Assembly (NCBI GenBank): GCA_902591925.1
Contig: CACJCN010000004.1
Coordinates: 15,854 to 79,853, forward strand
Direction: 5' to 3'
DNA: 64,000 nucleotides
From: an uncultured SAR86 cluster bacterium
GTDB lineage: Bacteria > Pseudomonadota > Gammaproteobacteria > Magnimaribacterales > D2472
Shown: positions 17,462 through 28,299 of the stretch, piece by piece
How positions within the stretch are numbered: position 1 is the first letter of the stretch
Layout of the letters: the number at the start of each line of letters is the position of its first letter
The notes under the pieces: model-generated
What the model saw: the letters and a program-made list of their open reading frames with translations, nothing else
Database searches by the model: none
What the model was told of the DNA's origin: nothing
Made by a program: the position numbers and the translations under genes

Positions 17462-20400
17462 GTGTCAAAGACTAAAAACTTTATATTTAAGGGCAAGCAA
17501 AGTTTTTCAAGTTCTAAGCTTGATCAGATCAAGCACCAATTCTCAAATTCAAACAAAATCAATGCAAAAATATCGTCTAATGAGATTTATTTGGTTCAAT
17601 CTAAATCTGAAAAAATTAATCATGAGGGTCTTCAAGACATTCTTGCTGCAAAAGAAAATGACGCAGAGTTTTCTTTTTATGTAGGACCAAGATTGGGAAC
17701 AATTTCACCATGGTCATCGAAAACAGAGGACATTATCAGAAACGTTGGTTTTGATAATATTGAAAGAGTTGAAAGACTTTATGGATTTAATCTTGAATGT
17801 GATTATGAAATTAATGCACTAGATCTCTCGATGTTTTTCGATCGAATGACTCAATCGATTTATAACAATAAAGATGATTTTAAGAATCTTTTTAAATCAG
17901 ATATACCCAGATCCTTGAATCACATCAACATATTAGAAGAGGGTAAATCAGAGCTTGAAAGAGCAAACAAGTCATTTGGGTTTGCAATGAGCGATCAAGA
18001 AATAGATTACTTGTATGATTTTTATAATAAAGAAAAAAGAAATCCCACCGATGCAGAATTGATGATGTTTGCTCAAGCTAATTCTGAGCATTGTAGACAC
18101 AAAATATTTAATGCTAAATGGAATGTAGACGGTTCTCAAAAAAATAATACGTTATTTGATTTAATAAAAGAGACAAGCAAATCATCTCCAGATGGAATCA
18201 TTTCAGCATACAAAGATAACGCAGCTATTGTCGAGGGATCAAAAGTTGAGAGATTGAACTTAAATGAATCCAATGAATATGAATTTAAAGAGGATAATTT
18301 AAATTCAACTATTAAAGTCGAAACTCATAACCATCCAACAGCAATTTCACCATATCCAGGAGCTTCAACAGGATCTGGTGGAGAAATTCGAGATGAAGGA
18401 GCTACAGGAAGGGGTGCAAAACCTAAAATTGGGTTGGTTGGTTTTAATGTTTCTAATTTAAGAATTCCAAACCTTTTGAGAAGCTGGGAAAAGAATGAGC
18501 TTAAACCATCAAGAATTGCATCCCCGCTAGATATTATGATTGAAGCCCCGATCGGAGCAGCTGCTTTTAATAATGAATTTGGGAGACCATCAACCCTTGG
18601 ATATTTTAGATGTTTTGAAACCGACTTTGACAATAACAAAGCCTTTGGATATCACAAACCAATAATGCTTGCTGGAGGTATAGGTGAAGTAAGGGATGTA
18701 AATAACTTTAAATTACAAATTAAAGAAGATTATTTAGTTGTTGTTTTAGGAGGACCTGCAATGCTTATTGGTCTTGGTGGAGGTGCTGCATCATCAGTTT
18801 CATCAGGAGATAGCGACGAAGATTTAGATTTTGCTTCCGTTCAAAGAGACAATGCTGAAATGGAAAGAAGATGCCAAGAGGTCATTAATAAATGTTCATC
18901 ACAAGAAAATAGCTTTATTGAGTTTATTCACGATGTTGGTGCTGGTGGACTATCCAATGCAATTCCTGAATTAGCTAAAGATTCTAATCTGGGTGTGTAT
19001 ATTGAATTATCAAAAATTCCAAATGCAGATAAGTCCATGTCACCTATGGAAATTTGGTCTAATGAATCTCAAGAAAGGTATGTATTAGCAATTCATAAAG
19101 ATAATAAAAATGCTTTTGAAAAGATATGTCAAAGAGAGAGATGTGAATATGCAATTGTTGGACATACAACAAAAGAAATGTCTGTAAAACTTTATGATGA
19201 GCAAAACAAAAACTATCCAGTTGATGTGCCATTATCAATGCTATTCGGCGATCTTCCAATTACAGAAATGGAAGTTAAAGAAGAATCTGTTGAAACACTT
19301 AATGAAGATAATTCAGAAGATATTGATCTAAGTGATTCAATTACTAAAGTTCTTCAACATCCGACTGTTTCATCAAAATCTTTCTTAATAACAATTGGTG
19401 ATAGAACAGTAAGTGGAATGGTTGCAAGAGATCAGTTAGTGGGGCCATATCAAGTTCCTGTTTCTGACTATTCACTAAGCTTAAGATCTTATACATCAAA
19501 TAATGGAGAAGTTCTCAGTATTGGAGAAAAGCCTACCATTGCTCTTATAAACCCTGCCGCATCTATGAGAATGGCTCTTGGCGAAGCTTTAACCAATATG
19601 TCAGGGGTTGTCATTAAAGGATTAAATAATGTTCAAGTGTCTGCAAATTGGATGGCAGCATCTGGAGAAAATTCAGACGACTTTGCCTTGAGGTCTGGAG
19701 TTGAGGCTTTATCAAAAATTGCGGTCGATTTAAAAGTTTCTATTCCTGTCGGAAAAGATTCTTTATCTATGAGAACTAAGTGGTCAGAAAATAACTCAGA
19801 TTATGAAGTATCAAGTCCCTTGTCTGGAGTTATTACAGCAATGGCACCAGTAGATGATGTTACTGAGTCAGTTACTCCAGAATTAAACACTTCTGATGAT
19901 ACAAGCATTCTTTTGATTAAGTTAAATAATAAAAATAGGTTGGCTGGATCAATATTCTCAGAAATCACTGAAACAAAATATCAACATACCCCAGACATAG
20001 ATGATATTGAGGTATTCGAAAAACTGTTTTCAGGTATTCAAAATCTTTTGAAAAGTAAAAAGATACTAGCAATGCATGATATTTCTGATGGAGGTCTTAT
20101 AACAACATTGCTAGAAATGTGCTTTACCAAAAAAGTCGGTATGAGAATGGATTTAGATGATTCATCAGGCGTCAATGAATTCCTTTTCTCTGAAGAAATT
20201 GGCTTTGCAATTCAAATTAAGAAAAATAATCTTGATGAAGTTACAAAGAATCTAACGAATGAAAATATTTTTGTAAAAAATATAGCTGAAATAATAGATG
20301 ATGAGCAATTTTCAATTTTTAAAAATGATTCAGAGCTTTTTAGTAAGTCAGTTATTGAATTAGAAAAAAATTGGCGAGAGACTTCTCATGCTATTCAATC

Positions 20401-21304
20401 TATAAGAGATAACAAAGAAATTGCAAACTCTGAACTAAGTTTACTTTATGATAGAAATTTTCAAGGACTTAAAAGCAATATCTCGTTTGATGAAAATGAG
20501 CTTAAGCATATTAATATCAAAAGAACAAAGCCTAAAGTAGCAATTTTAAGAGAACAGGGCGTAAATGGACAAAACGAAATGGCAGCTGCTTTTACGCTTG
20601 CAGGCTTTAATGCTTTTGATGTTCATATGCAAGACCTTCTTGATGGAAACACAAATTTAAAGGACTTTCAGGGCTTGGCAGTATGTGGTGGTTTCTCATA
20701 CGGTGATGTTCTGGGTGCTGGAGGAGGCTGGTCAAAAACTATTTTGTACAACAATCTTGTTAAAGATCAATTTCAAGAATTTTTCAATGATGAAAAAGTT
20801 TTCACATTAGGTGTATGTAACGGATGCCAGATGCTCTCAAATTTAAAAGATATTATTCCAGGAGCTGAATTTTGGCCAAGTTTTGAAAGAAATTTATCAG
20901 ATCAATTTGAAGCCCGTTTGGCTCAAGTAAAAATATCAAAAACAGAGTCGGTTCTCTTAGATGGAATGGAGGATTGGATGATACCGGTTGCATCAGCTCA
21001 TGGAGAAGGAAGAGCTCATTTTAATAATAATGATCTTCAGGAATTAGAAAAATCCAATCAAATAGCTATGCATTTTGTTGATTCATCAGAAAACACATCT
21101 GAAATGTATCCTATTAACCCAAACGGCTCACCTAATGGCATAACAGGTATTACAGCTTCTAATGGGAGAGTTACCATTATGATGCCTCATCCAGAAAGAG
21201 TTTTTAGAAAAGTTCAACTAAGTTGGCACAGAAAAGACTGGAAAGAGTACTCTCCTTGGATGCAAATTTTTATAAATGCAAAAAAATTTAGCGATAAGAA
21301 TTAA
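17462..21304 (+). CDS. purL: Phosphoribosylformylglycinamidine synthase (large fused type)
   Basis: ELMMFAQANSEHCRHKIFN, KVETHNHPTA, LGVCNGCQM, MMPHPER. Confidence 0.97.
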   Translation: MSKTKNFIFKGKQSFSSSKLDQIKHQFSNSNKINAKISSNEIYLVQSKSEKINHEGLQDILAAKENDAEFSFYVGPRLGTISPWSSKTEDIIRNVGFDNIERVERLYGFNLECDYEINALDLSMFFDRMTQSIYNNKDDFKNLFKSDIPRSLNHINILEEGKSELERANKSFGFAMSDQEIDYLYDFYNKEKRNPTDAELMMFAQANSEHCRHKIFNAKWNVDGSQKNNTLFDLIKETSKSSPDGIISAYKDNAAIVEGSKVERLNLNESNEYEFKEDNLNSTIKVETHNHPTAISPYPGASTGSGGEIRDEGATGRGAKPKIGLVGFNVSNLRIPNLLRSWEKNELKPSRIASPLDIMIEAPIGAAAFNNEFGRPSTLGYFRCFETDFDNNKAFGYHKPIMLAGGIGEVRDVNNFKLQIKEDYLVVVLGGPAMLIGLGGGAASSVSSGDSDEDLDFASVQRDNAEMERRCQEVINKCSSQENSFIEFIHDVGAGGLSNAIPELAKDSNLGVYIELSKIPNADKSMSPMEIWSNESQERYVLAIHKDNKNAFEKICQRERCEYAIVGHTTKEMSVKLYDEQNKNYPVDVPLSMLFGDLPITEMEVKEESVETLNEDNSEDIDLSDSITKVLQHPTVSSKSFLITIGDRTVSGMVARDQLVGPYQVPVSDYSLSLRSYTSNNGEVLSIGEKPTIALINPAASMRMALGEALTNMSGVVIKGLNNVQVSANWMAASGENSDDFALRSGVEALSKIAVDLKVSIPVGKDSLSMRTKWSENNSDYEVSSPLSGVITAMAPVDDVTESVTPELNTSDDTSILLIKLNNKNRLAGSIFSEITETKYQHTPDIDDIEVFEKLFSGIQNLLKSKKILAMHDISDGGLITTLLEMCFTKKVGMRMDLDDSSGVNEFLFSEEIGFAIQIKKNNLDEVTKNLTNENIFVKNIAEIIDDEQFSIFKNDSELFSKSVIELEKNWRETSHAIQSIRDNKEIANSELSLLYDRNFQGLKSNISFDENELKHINIKRTKPKVAILREQGVNGQNEMAAAFTLAGFNAFDVHMQDLLDGNTNLKDFQGLAVCGGFSYGDVLGAGGGWSKTILYNNLVKDQFQEFFNDEKVFTLGVCNGCQMLSNLKDIIPGAEFWPSFERNLSDQFEARLAQVKISKTESVLLDGMEDWMIPVASAHGEGRAHFNNNDLQELEKSNQIAMHFVDSSENTSEMYPINPNGSPNGITGITASNGRVTIMMPHPERVFRKVQLSWHRKDWKEYSPWMQIFINAKKFSDKN

Positions 21305-21841
21305 TTACCAAAGTTTTATATCTTCTTCTCTAAAAATAAAATCGCCTTTTTTGAGATCCTTAATATAGTACTCAAGTGTTTTTTTAACAGTAGGGAAGGC
21401 TATTTCATCCCATAAAATTTCATCAATATCAAATAGCCTCACATCTGAACTTTCAAAAGTTGGACCATAGTTATCATCTAAAAGATCAGCTAAAAAAAAC
21501 ATATGCACTTGATTGATATGAGGCAGACTAAACATTGAATATGCCATTTTAATTTTTGCCTTTGAACCAGTTTCTTCAAAAGTTTCTCTAATAGCACCTT
21601 CTTGAAGAGTTTCAGCATTTTCCATAAAACCAGCAGGTAGTGTCCATAAACCTTTACGAGGATTTATATCTCTTTTTGCCATTAGTATTTTGTTATCTCT
21701 TATACATAAGGCGCCAACAACATTGTTTGGGTTAGTGTAGAAGATTGAATCACAATCTTGGCAGCAATATCTTTTAATATTGTCATGTTCTGGAATCATA
21801 AATTCCAGGTTTGAGCTGCCGCAGTTAGAACAATATTTCAA
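21305..21841 (-). CDS. NUDIX hydrolase with N-terminal zinc ribbon
   Basis: CSNCG..CQDC, PAGFMENAET..EGAIRETFEETG. Confidence 0.9.
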   Translation of the reverse strand: MKYCSNCGSSNLEFMIPEHDNIKRYCCQDCDSIFYTNPNNVVGALCIRDNKILMAKRDINPRKGLWTLPAGFMENAETLQEGAIRETFEETGSKAKIKMAYSMFSLPHINQVHMFFLADLLDDNYGPTFESSDVRLFDIDEILWDEIAFPTVKKTLEYYIKDLKKGDFIFREEDIKLW

Positions 21842-21893
21842 TTTCCTTCCTTATTTAAAGATTATAGATACTTTAGACGTTAAAATTATCCGT

Positions 21894-22493
21894 ATGATTA
21901 ACAGCATAAAGCAAAAACTTGAACAAATAAATCTCATTGATACTACTGATCATAAAAAAGCTGGTGTGATGATTATTCTTTTACAAAATGATAATGATAG
22001 CGACATCAAAATTTTATTTACTAAACGGTCTTCAAGTCTGTCAACTCACTCTGGTGAGGTAAGTTTTCCTGGAGGCAAGTGGGAGGAAAGCGATAAAAAC
22101 CTTTATGAAACTGCTTTAAGAGAAAGTAACGAGGAAATAAATTTAGATACAAAGAATTTAAAAAAATTAGGTGCACTTAATTATTTGATATCGCGACATA
22201 AGATCGAAGTTCATCCATATGTAGGGCATCTTATAAAGAATCAAGATTTCAAGGGAAATTATGAGATAGATGAGATATTTACAGTACCTTTAGAATTTCT
22301 AATGGAACCTCAAAACATCACCTATAACGAATTTAAAAAAAATGATTTAAAACTATATATTCCAAGTTGGGTTTATAATGGTAATAAAATTTGGGGCCTC
22401 ACAGCCATGATAGCAGCGGATTTTTTGAATATTTGTTTTGATGCTGCCATAAAAACTGACTTTGATTTAATAAGAAAATACGATGGAAATTAA
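21894..22493 (+). CDS. CoA pyrophosphatase (NudL/PCD1-like NUDIX)
   Basis: TKRSSSLSTHSGEVSFPGGK, ALRESNEEI, IWGLTA; start reset to ATG 21894. Confidence 0.85.
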   Translation: MINSIKQKLEQINLIDTTDHKKAGVMIILLQNDNDSDIKILFTKRSSSLSTHSGEVSFPGGKWEESDKNLYETALRESNEEINLDTKNLKKLGALNYLISRHKIEVHPYVGHLIKNQDFKGNYEIDEIFTVPLEFLMEPQNITYNEFKKNDLKLYIPSWVYNGNKIWGLTAMIAADFLNICFDAAIKTDFDLIRKYDGN

Positions 22494-23013
22494 TCTGGGT
22501 GACAAAAAAATTAAAACTGAGGGAGATGACTTTTGGATTGCTCCAAACGCAACTGTTATTGGAGACATAATCCTAAAAAAAGATGCAAGTATATGGTTCA
22601 ATGCAGTTTTAAGAGGCGACAATGAACCAATTGAAATTGGTGAGGGTTCTAACGTTCAGGATGGGGCAATTTTACATACAGATCCTGGATTTAAGTGTAC
22701 TATCGGCAAGATGGTAACTGTTGGACACATGGCTATGCTACATGGATGCACTATTGGTGACGGAAGTTTGATCGGAATTGGTTCTGTAGTTTTAAACGGA
22801 GCTAAAATAGGAAAAAATTGCATTATCGGGTCCAAGGCACTAGTTACAGAAGGCATGGAAGTACCTGATGGTTCAATGGTTTTAGGCATTCCAGGAAAAA
22901 TTAAAAAGGTTCTTAGCGAAGAAGAACAAAGCGTTGTTTCTATTGGTGCTTCTCATTACGTAGAAAATTACAAAAAATATAAGCAAATAATGAATTCAGA
23001 TGAAAACAAGTGA
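22483..23013 (+). CDS. Gamma carbonic anhydrase family hexapeptide protein
   Basis: AVLRGDNEPIEIG.GSNVQDG..LH, TVGH.A.LHGC. Confidence 0.9.
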   Translation: MEINLGDKKIKTEGDDFWIAPNATVIGDIILKKDASIWFNAVLRGDNEPIEIGEGSNVQDGAILHTDPGFKCTIGKMVTVGHMAMLHGCTIGDGSLIGIGSVVLNGAKIGKNCIIGSKALVTEGMEVPDGSMVLGIPGKIKKVLSEEEQSVVSIGASHYVENYKKYKQIMNSDENK

Positions 23014-25576
23014 TATTAGAAAAGCTTTTTTAGATTTTTTTAATTCAAAGAATCATGAAGTTGTTGCTTCAAGCTCTCTAGTTCCATCAAATGATGAAAC
23101 TCTATTATTTACAAATGCAGGAATGGTGCAGTTTAAAGATGTTTTCTTAGGTACTGAGACTAAAAATTTTAAACGAGCTGCAACCTCACAAAGATGTATT
23201 AGAGCTGGAGGCAAGCATAATGATCTAGAAAATGTTGGTTATACCTTAAGACACCATACATTTTTTGAAATGTTAGGTAATTTTAGTTTTGGAGATTATT
23301 TTAAAGAAGATGCTATTAAATTCGCATGGGAATTTTTAACAGAGGAACTTAAGCTAGATAAAGAAAAGTTATGGATCACTGTTTATAAAGACGATGATGA
23401 GGCTGAAGAAATTTGGAAAAATATTATTGGAATTGATCCAGGCAGAATAGCTAGATTAGGTGATGATGATAATTTTTGGTCTATGGGTGATACAGGACCA
23501 TGTGGACCATGCTCTGAAATATTTTATGACCATGGAGAACACATTGATGGAACACCTCCAGGGGCCGAAGGTGATGAAGGTGATAGATTTATCGAAATAT
23601 GGAATCTTGTCTTTATGCAATTTAATAGAGATGAAAGTGGAAAAATGGAACCACTTCCAAAACCATCTGTTGATACTGGAATGGGATTAGAAAGAATTGC
23701 AGCGGTTCTACAGAGCGTTAATTCAAATTATGAAACGGATGTTTTTAAAGATTTAATCAATGCTTCAGAAAAAATACTTGGCAGCGAAGGAAGTACATCT
23801 CACAAAGTTATTGCTGATCATATTCGATCAAGTGTTTTTTTAATATCTGATGGAGTAATTCCTGAAAAAGAAGGAAGAGGCTATGTCTTGAGAAGAATAA
23901 TGAGAAGAGGCATCAGACATGGATATAAAATTGGTGCCAAAAAACCATTTATGCATTTACTTGTAAAAGATTTAATAAAACTAATGAATTCTGCTTACCC
24001 AGAATTAAAGAAAAAACAAAAAGATATTATTGAATTAATTAAGAATGAAGAGATTAAATTCTTTGAAACGCTTGAGACAGGAATAGAAATACTTGAAGAC
24101 ACTATTTCCAATATGAAAAATAAAACTCTGTCTGGCGATGTAGTTTTTAAATTACATGACACTTATGGTTTTCCATTTGATTTGACTGCAGATATTGCAA
24201 GAGAAAAACAGCTTGATATTGACGAAGAAAGATTCAATGAGTGCATGAATCAACAAAAACAAACCTCGAAAGCATCAAGCAGTTTTGTATCTTCGCTCCC
24301 AGCAGCATCTGGAATTGAAGAGACTAAATTTTTAGGTTACGAAAATTTAGAGTCTGATTCAAAAATTTTGGTTATTTGGAAAGATCAGGAAAGAATAGAT
24401 GCAGCTAAGAATAAAGAGGAAATATTTTTTGCATGTAATCAAACACCTTTTTATGCTGAAGCTGGTGGACAAATTGGAGATAAAGGAAAATTTGCATCTC
24501 AATCGTCAACTGGTAGTATTTTAGATTGTAAGAAACAAGGTAAAGTATATATTCATAAAGCAATTGTTGATAAAGGAAGCATTAAAACTGGTGACGTTAT
24601 TAAAATGAGTGTTGAAAAAGAAAAAAGGTCTGCAATTGCTATACATCATTCTTCAACTCATTTAGTTCATGCAGCATTAAGAGCGGTTTTGGGTGATCAT
24701 GTTCAACAAAAGGGGTCCTTGGTTGACGAAAATAAACTTAGATTTGATTTTTCTCACACTAAACCACTTACGAAAGAAGAAATTACTAAGATTGAGGATA
24801 TTGTTAATAAAGAGGCTCTAAAAAATCTGGAAGTAAAAACTGAATTAATGAAATTAGATGATGCTCTTAAGTCTGGAGCTATGGCATTGTTTGGAGAAAA
24901 ATATGATGATGATGTAAGAGTTCTTACTATGGGAGAAAACTCATATTCGGTAGAACTATGTGGTGGAACTCATGTCAATCGAACAGGAGATATAGGATTT
25001 TTTGTAATTACAAACCAATCAAGTGTTGCTTCAGGAATTAGAAGAATTGAAGCATTGGCAGGGTCAAAGTCTATTGAGCATGTTAAAAAATTAAGGGACG
25101 TTAATTTATCTTTACAAAATTCTCTTAACGTATCAGCTGATGAACTTCAAGAAAAGGTAAATTCTTTGATTGAAGAGAATAAGAAATTAAAGAAATCTTC
25201 AAAGAGCAAAAGTGCCAAGAAATCAGTAATTTCATCAGAAATGCATGAATTTGGCGATTGGAAATTAATTGTTGAGCAAGTAGATGTTGAGGATACAAAA
25301 GATTTAAGATTTCTTGCTGATGAACAGAAAAATACAAATGAAAAATTATGCGTAGTTATTTTTACAGAGTCATCAAATAAAATTGCTTTGGTCTGTGGAG
25401 TTACAAAAAATCTATCTGAATCTTTATCTGCGAAGGAAGTTGTGTCTGAATTATCTAATCAAATTAATGGAAAGGGTGGAGGTAGATCTGATTTTGCCCA
25501 AGGTGCTGGCGAAACAGATAACATTAAAGATTTCGTGACTTCTATACCAAATTCAGTAAAATCCCTCGCAAAATAA
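23000..25576 (+). CDS. alaS: Alanine--tRNA ligase
   Basis: LLFTNAGMVQFK, RHHTFFEMLGNFSFGDYFK, HxxxH and ELCGGTH editing motifs. Confidence 0.97.
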   Translation: MKTSDIRKAFLDFFNSKNHEVVASSSLVPSNDETLLFTNAGMVQFKDVFLGTETKNFKRAATSQRCIRAGGKHNDLENVGYTLRHHTFFEMLGNFSFGDYFKEDAIKFAWEFLTEELKLDKEKLWITVYKDDDEAEEIWKNIIGIDPGRIARLGDDDNFWSMGDTGPCGPCSEIFYDHGEHIDGTPPGAEGDEGDRFIEIWNLVFMQFNRDESGKMEPLPKPSVDTGMGLERIAAVLQSVNSNYETDVFKDLINASEKILGSEGSTSHKVIADHIRSSVFLISDGVIPEKEGRGYVLRRIMRRGIRHGYKIGAKKPFMHLLVKDLIKLMNSAYPELKKKQKDIIELIKNEEIKFFETLETGIEILEDTISNMKNKTLSGDVVFKLHDTYGFPFDLTADIAREKQLDIDEERFNECMNQQKQTSKASSSFVSSLPAASGIEETKFLGYENLESDSKILVIWKDQERIDAAKNKEEIFFACNQTPFYAEAGGQIGDKGKFASQSSTGSILDCKKQGKVYIHKAIVDKGSIKTGDVIKMSVEKEKRSAIAIHHSSTHLVHAALRAVLGDHVQQKGSLVDENKLRFDFSHTKPLTKEEITKIEDIVNKEALKNLEVKTELMKLDDALKSGAMALFGEKYDDDVRVLTMGENSYSVELCGGTHVNRTGDIGFFVITNQSSVASGIRRIEALAGSKSIEHVKKLRDVNLSLQNSLNVSADELQEKVNSLIEENKKLKKSSKSKSAKKSVISSEMHEFGDWKLIVEQVDVEDTKDLRFLADEQKNTNEKLCVVIFTESSNKIALVCGVTKNLSESLSAKEVVSELSNQINGKGGGRSDFAQGAGETDNIKDFVTSIPNSVKSLAK

Positions 25577-25584
25577 AAAATACT

Positions 25585-26799
25585 ATGTCTGAAATTGTTG
25601 TTCAAAAATTTGGAGGTACATCTGTTGGAACAGTCGACAGAATAGATTCTGTGGCTGAGATAATTAAAAATGCCTCTAAATCTAATCAAATAGTTGTTGT
25701 TGTCTCAGCAATGGGTGGAGAGACAAACAGACTTGTTGATTTAGCTAAAGCGTTTGGAGATGATCCAGATAAAAGAGAATTCGACGCCTTAGTATCTACA
25801 GGAGAGACTGTGAGCTCTGCTCTATTAACTATGGCACTACATTCCAAAGGTATTAAAGCAAAGTCATTTTCAGCGTCTCAAATTTCTATGAGAACCACTA
25901 GCTCATACTCAAAAGCAAAAATTCTTGATGTAGATGCTAAAAAAATACTGGATGTTATTGATAGTGATACGATCCCAATCATCACAGGCTTTCAAGGAGT
26001 GACAGAGGGTGGTGATGTAACAACTCTTGGCAGAGGAGGATCTGATACAACTGCAGTAGCTATAGCAGCTCAAATAGATGCAGTCAGATGTGATATATAC
26101 ACAGATGTTGATGGAATTTTTACTACAGATCCTGGTGTAGTTCCTAATGCAAAAAAATTAGATTCAATTACAATGGAAGAGATGCTTGAGCTTGCAGGTC
26201 AGGGTGCAAAAGTCGTGCAAACTAGAGCAGTAGAATTTGCTAATAAATATAAGGTTCCAGTGAGAGTTTTGTCGAGCTTTAATGACGGGAATGGAACTTT
26301 AATTTCATTAAAGGATGAAAGTATGGAGAATGCATTAGTATCTGGTATAGCATTTCAAAAAGATCAGGTAAAGTTCACCCTGCATAGTGTTGGTGATATT
26401 CCTGGAACAGCTTTTAAGATACTTGGACCTATAAGTGATGCAGAGATAGAGGTTGATGTTATTGTTCAAAACGTAAGCATTGATGATAAAACAGACTTTA
26501 CTTTTACCGTTTCAAATGAAGATAGTGACTCAGTTGAAAAGATACTTGAAGACCTTAAAACTGAAGTTGACTATAAAAAGTTAATAATTAATTCCGACAT
26601 TGCTAAAGTGTCTCTTGTTGGAACGGGAATGAGATCTCAAGCTGGTGTTGCAAGTAAGGCTTTTAGAGCTCTGTCAGAAAATAATGTAAACATTCAAATT
26701 ATTTCCACATCTGAGATTAAAATTACAATGGTTATAGATGAATCTTTGATTGATAAGGCTGTAAATGTTCTTCATGAAGAGTTTGAACTTGAAAAATAA
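25585..26799 (+). CDS. lysC: Aspartate kinase
   Basis: VQKFGGTSV, TLGRGGSDTTA, two ACT domains. Confidence 0.95.
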   Translation: MSEIVVQKFGGTSVGTVDRIDSVAEIIKNASKSNQIVVVVSAMGGETNRLVDLAKAFGDDPDKREFDALVSTGETVSSALLTMALHSKGIKAKSFSASQISMRTTSSYSKAKILDVDAKKILDVIDSDTIPIITGFQGVTEGGDVTTLGRGGSDTTAVAIAAQIDAVRCDIYTDVDGIFTTDPGVVPNAKKLDSITMEEMLELAGQGAKVVQTRAVEFANKYKVPVRVLSSFNDGNGTLISLKDESMENALVSGIAFQKDQVKFTLHSVGDIPGTAFKILGPISDAEIEVDVIVQNVSIDDKTDFTFTVSNEDSDSVEKILEDLKTEVDYKKLIINSDIAKVSLVGTGMRSQAGVASKAFRALSENNVNIQIISTSEIKITMVIDESLIDKAVNVLHEEFELEK

Positions 26800-28134
26800 A
26801 TGTACGACATAATTTTAAAAAATTGCAGCATTGTTAATGAAAATCAGATTAAAGAATCTGATATTGCAATCAAAAATCAAAGAATAGAATTAATTTCAAG
26901 TTCCATAGATTCTGAAGCTAGAGAAGTAATAGATTTAAATGGTAGATATGTAATACCAGGATTGATTGATGATCAGGTCCATTTTAGAGAACCTGGATTA
27001 ACTCATAAAGGTGATATAGCAACAGAATCAAAGGCAGGTCTTGCTGGAGGGGTGACTAGTTTCTTTGAAATGCCAAATGTAAATCCAACTACTACTACAA
27101 ATGAAAATCTAACAAAGAAGTTTGAATTGGCTAGTACCAGAGCTCTTTCTAATTACTCTTTTCATCTTGGAGCAAGCAATACAAACATTGAAGAAATTAA
27201 AAGAGTTGATATCAATCAGGCATCAGCACTTAAAGTTTTTATGGGAGCTTCTTTTGGAGAAATGCTTGTTGATGATATAGATGCACTTGATGATATTTTT
27301 AACTACTCACCATTGATAGTTGTAACGCATTGTGAAGACCAAAAAACTGTGAAGAAAAATGAAGAGATATATTCAAATAAATATGGAGAAGATTTGTGCG
27401 CTGAACATCATCATTTAATTAGAGATGTTGATAGTTGTTATTTATCAAGTTCATTGGCAGTTGATTTAGCTAAAAAATATGATTCTGACCTTCACGTATT
27501 CCATTTAACAACAGAGAAAGAAATGGAATTATTCACTCCAGGTAAAATTGATGGCAAAAAAATTACTGCAGAGGTATGCGTTCACCACATGTACTTTAAT
27601 GAATCTAGATATGCAGATCTTGGCAACCAGATAAAATGTAATCCATCAATAAAATTTGAGTCTGACAGGCTTGCGCTTATAGACGCATTGCTTGAGGATA
27701 AGATTGATATTATTGCAACCGATCATGCTCCTCATACTTGGGAGGAAAAAAATCAAAACTATTCGAAGGCACCTGCTGGACTTCCTCTTGTACAACACGG
27801 CATGCAAATACTAATGGATTTTTATCATCAAGATATTTTGTCGCTTGAAACAATAGTTCAGAAAACAAGTCACAACGTTGCTAACAGATTTCAAGTCAAA
27901 GACAGAGGTTATATTAGAGAAGGATATTATGCTGACATAGCAGTCTTAGATTTAGATACTCCATATACAGTATCTAAAGATAACATTTTGTATAAATGTG
28001 GCTGGTCTCCATTTGATGGACACACATTTAAATCTTCAATATTTATGACTATTGTTAATGGTTATGTTGCTTTTAAAGATGGTAAAGTTGAAGAAAACTT
28101 ACCAAACGGTATGCAAATAGAATTCGATAGATAA
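26800..28134 (+). CDS. pyrC: Dihydroorotase (long, allantoinase-like type)
   Basis: IDDQVHFREPG, IKCNP, IATDHAPH, YKCGWSPF. Confidence 0.88.
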   Translation: MYDIILKNCSIVNENQIKESDIAIKNQRIELISSSIDSEAREVIDLNGRYVIPGLIDDQVHFREPGLTHKGDIATESKAGLAGGVTSFFEMPNVNPTTTTNENLTKKFELASTRALSNYSFHLGASNTNIEEIKRVDINQASALKVFMGASFGEMLVDDIDALDDIFNYSPLIVVTHCEDQKTVKKNEEIYSNKYGEDLCAEHHHLIRDVDSCYLSSSLAVDLAKKYDSDLHVFHLTTEKEMELFTPGKIDGKKITAEVCVHHMYFNESRYADLGNQIKCNPSIKFESDRLALIDALLEDKIDIIATDHAPHTWEEKNQNYSKAPAGLPLVQHGMQILMDFYHQDILSLETIVQKTSHNVANRFQVKDRGYIREGYYADIAVLDLDTPYTVSKDNILYKCGWSPFDGHTFKSSIFMTIVNGYVAFKDGKVEENLPNGMQIEFDR

Positions 28135-28189
28135 TTTAGTTATCTTTATATTTTCAAAGAGTTATAATCCCTCTTCTTAAATACAAATA

Positions 28190-28279
28190 GGAGAGTTGGC
28201 TGAGTGGTCGAAAGCGCCTCCCTGCTAAGGAGGTAACTGGGCAACTGGTTCGAGGGTTCGAATCCCTCACTCTCCGCCA
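28190..28279 (+). tRNA. tRNA-Ser(GCT)
   Basis: GGAGAGTTGGCTGAGTGGTCGAAAGCG..CTGCTAA..long variable arm..GGTTCGAATCC..CTCTCCGCCA. Confidence 0.95.
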
Positions 28280-28299
28280 GATATATGGTTTAATAAGTT

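Noticed and set aside
28262-28279. tRNA-Ser 3' end as an integration site with a duplicated att
   Set aside because: No second copy of the tRNA 3' end noticed and no integrase nearby; the same applies to tRNA-Asn and tRNA-Arg.
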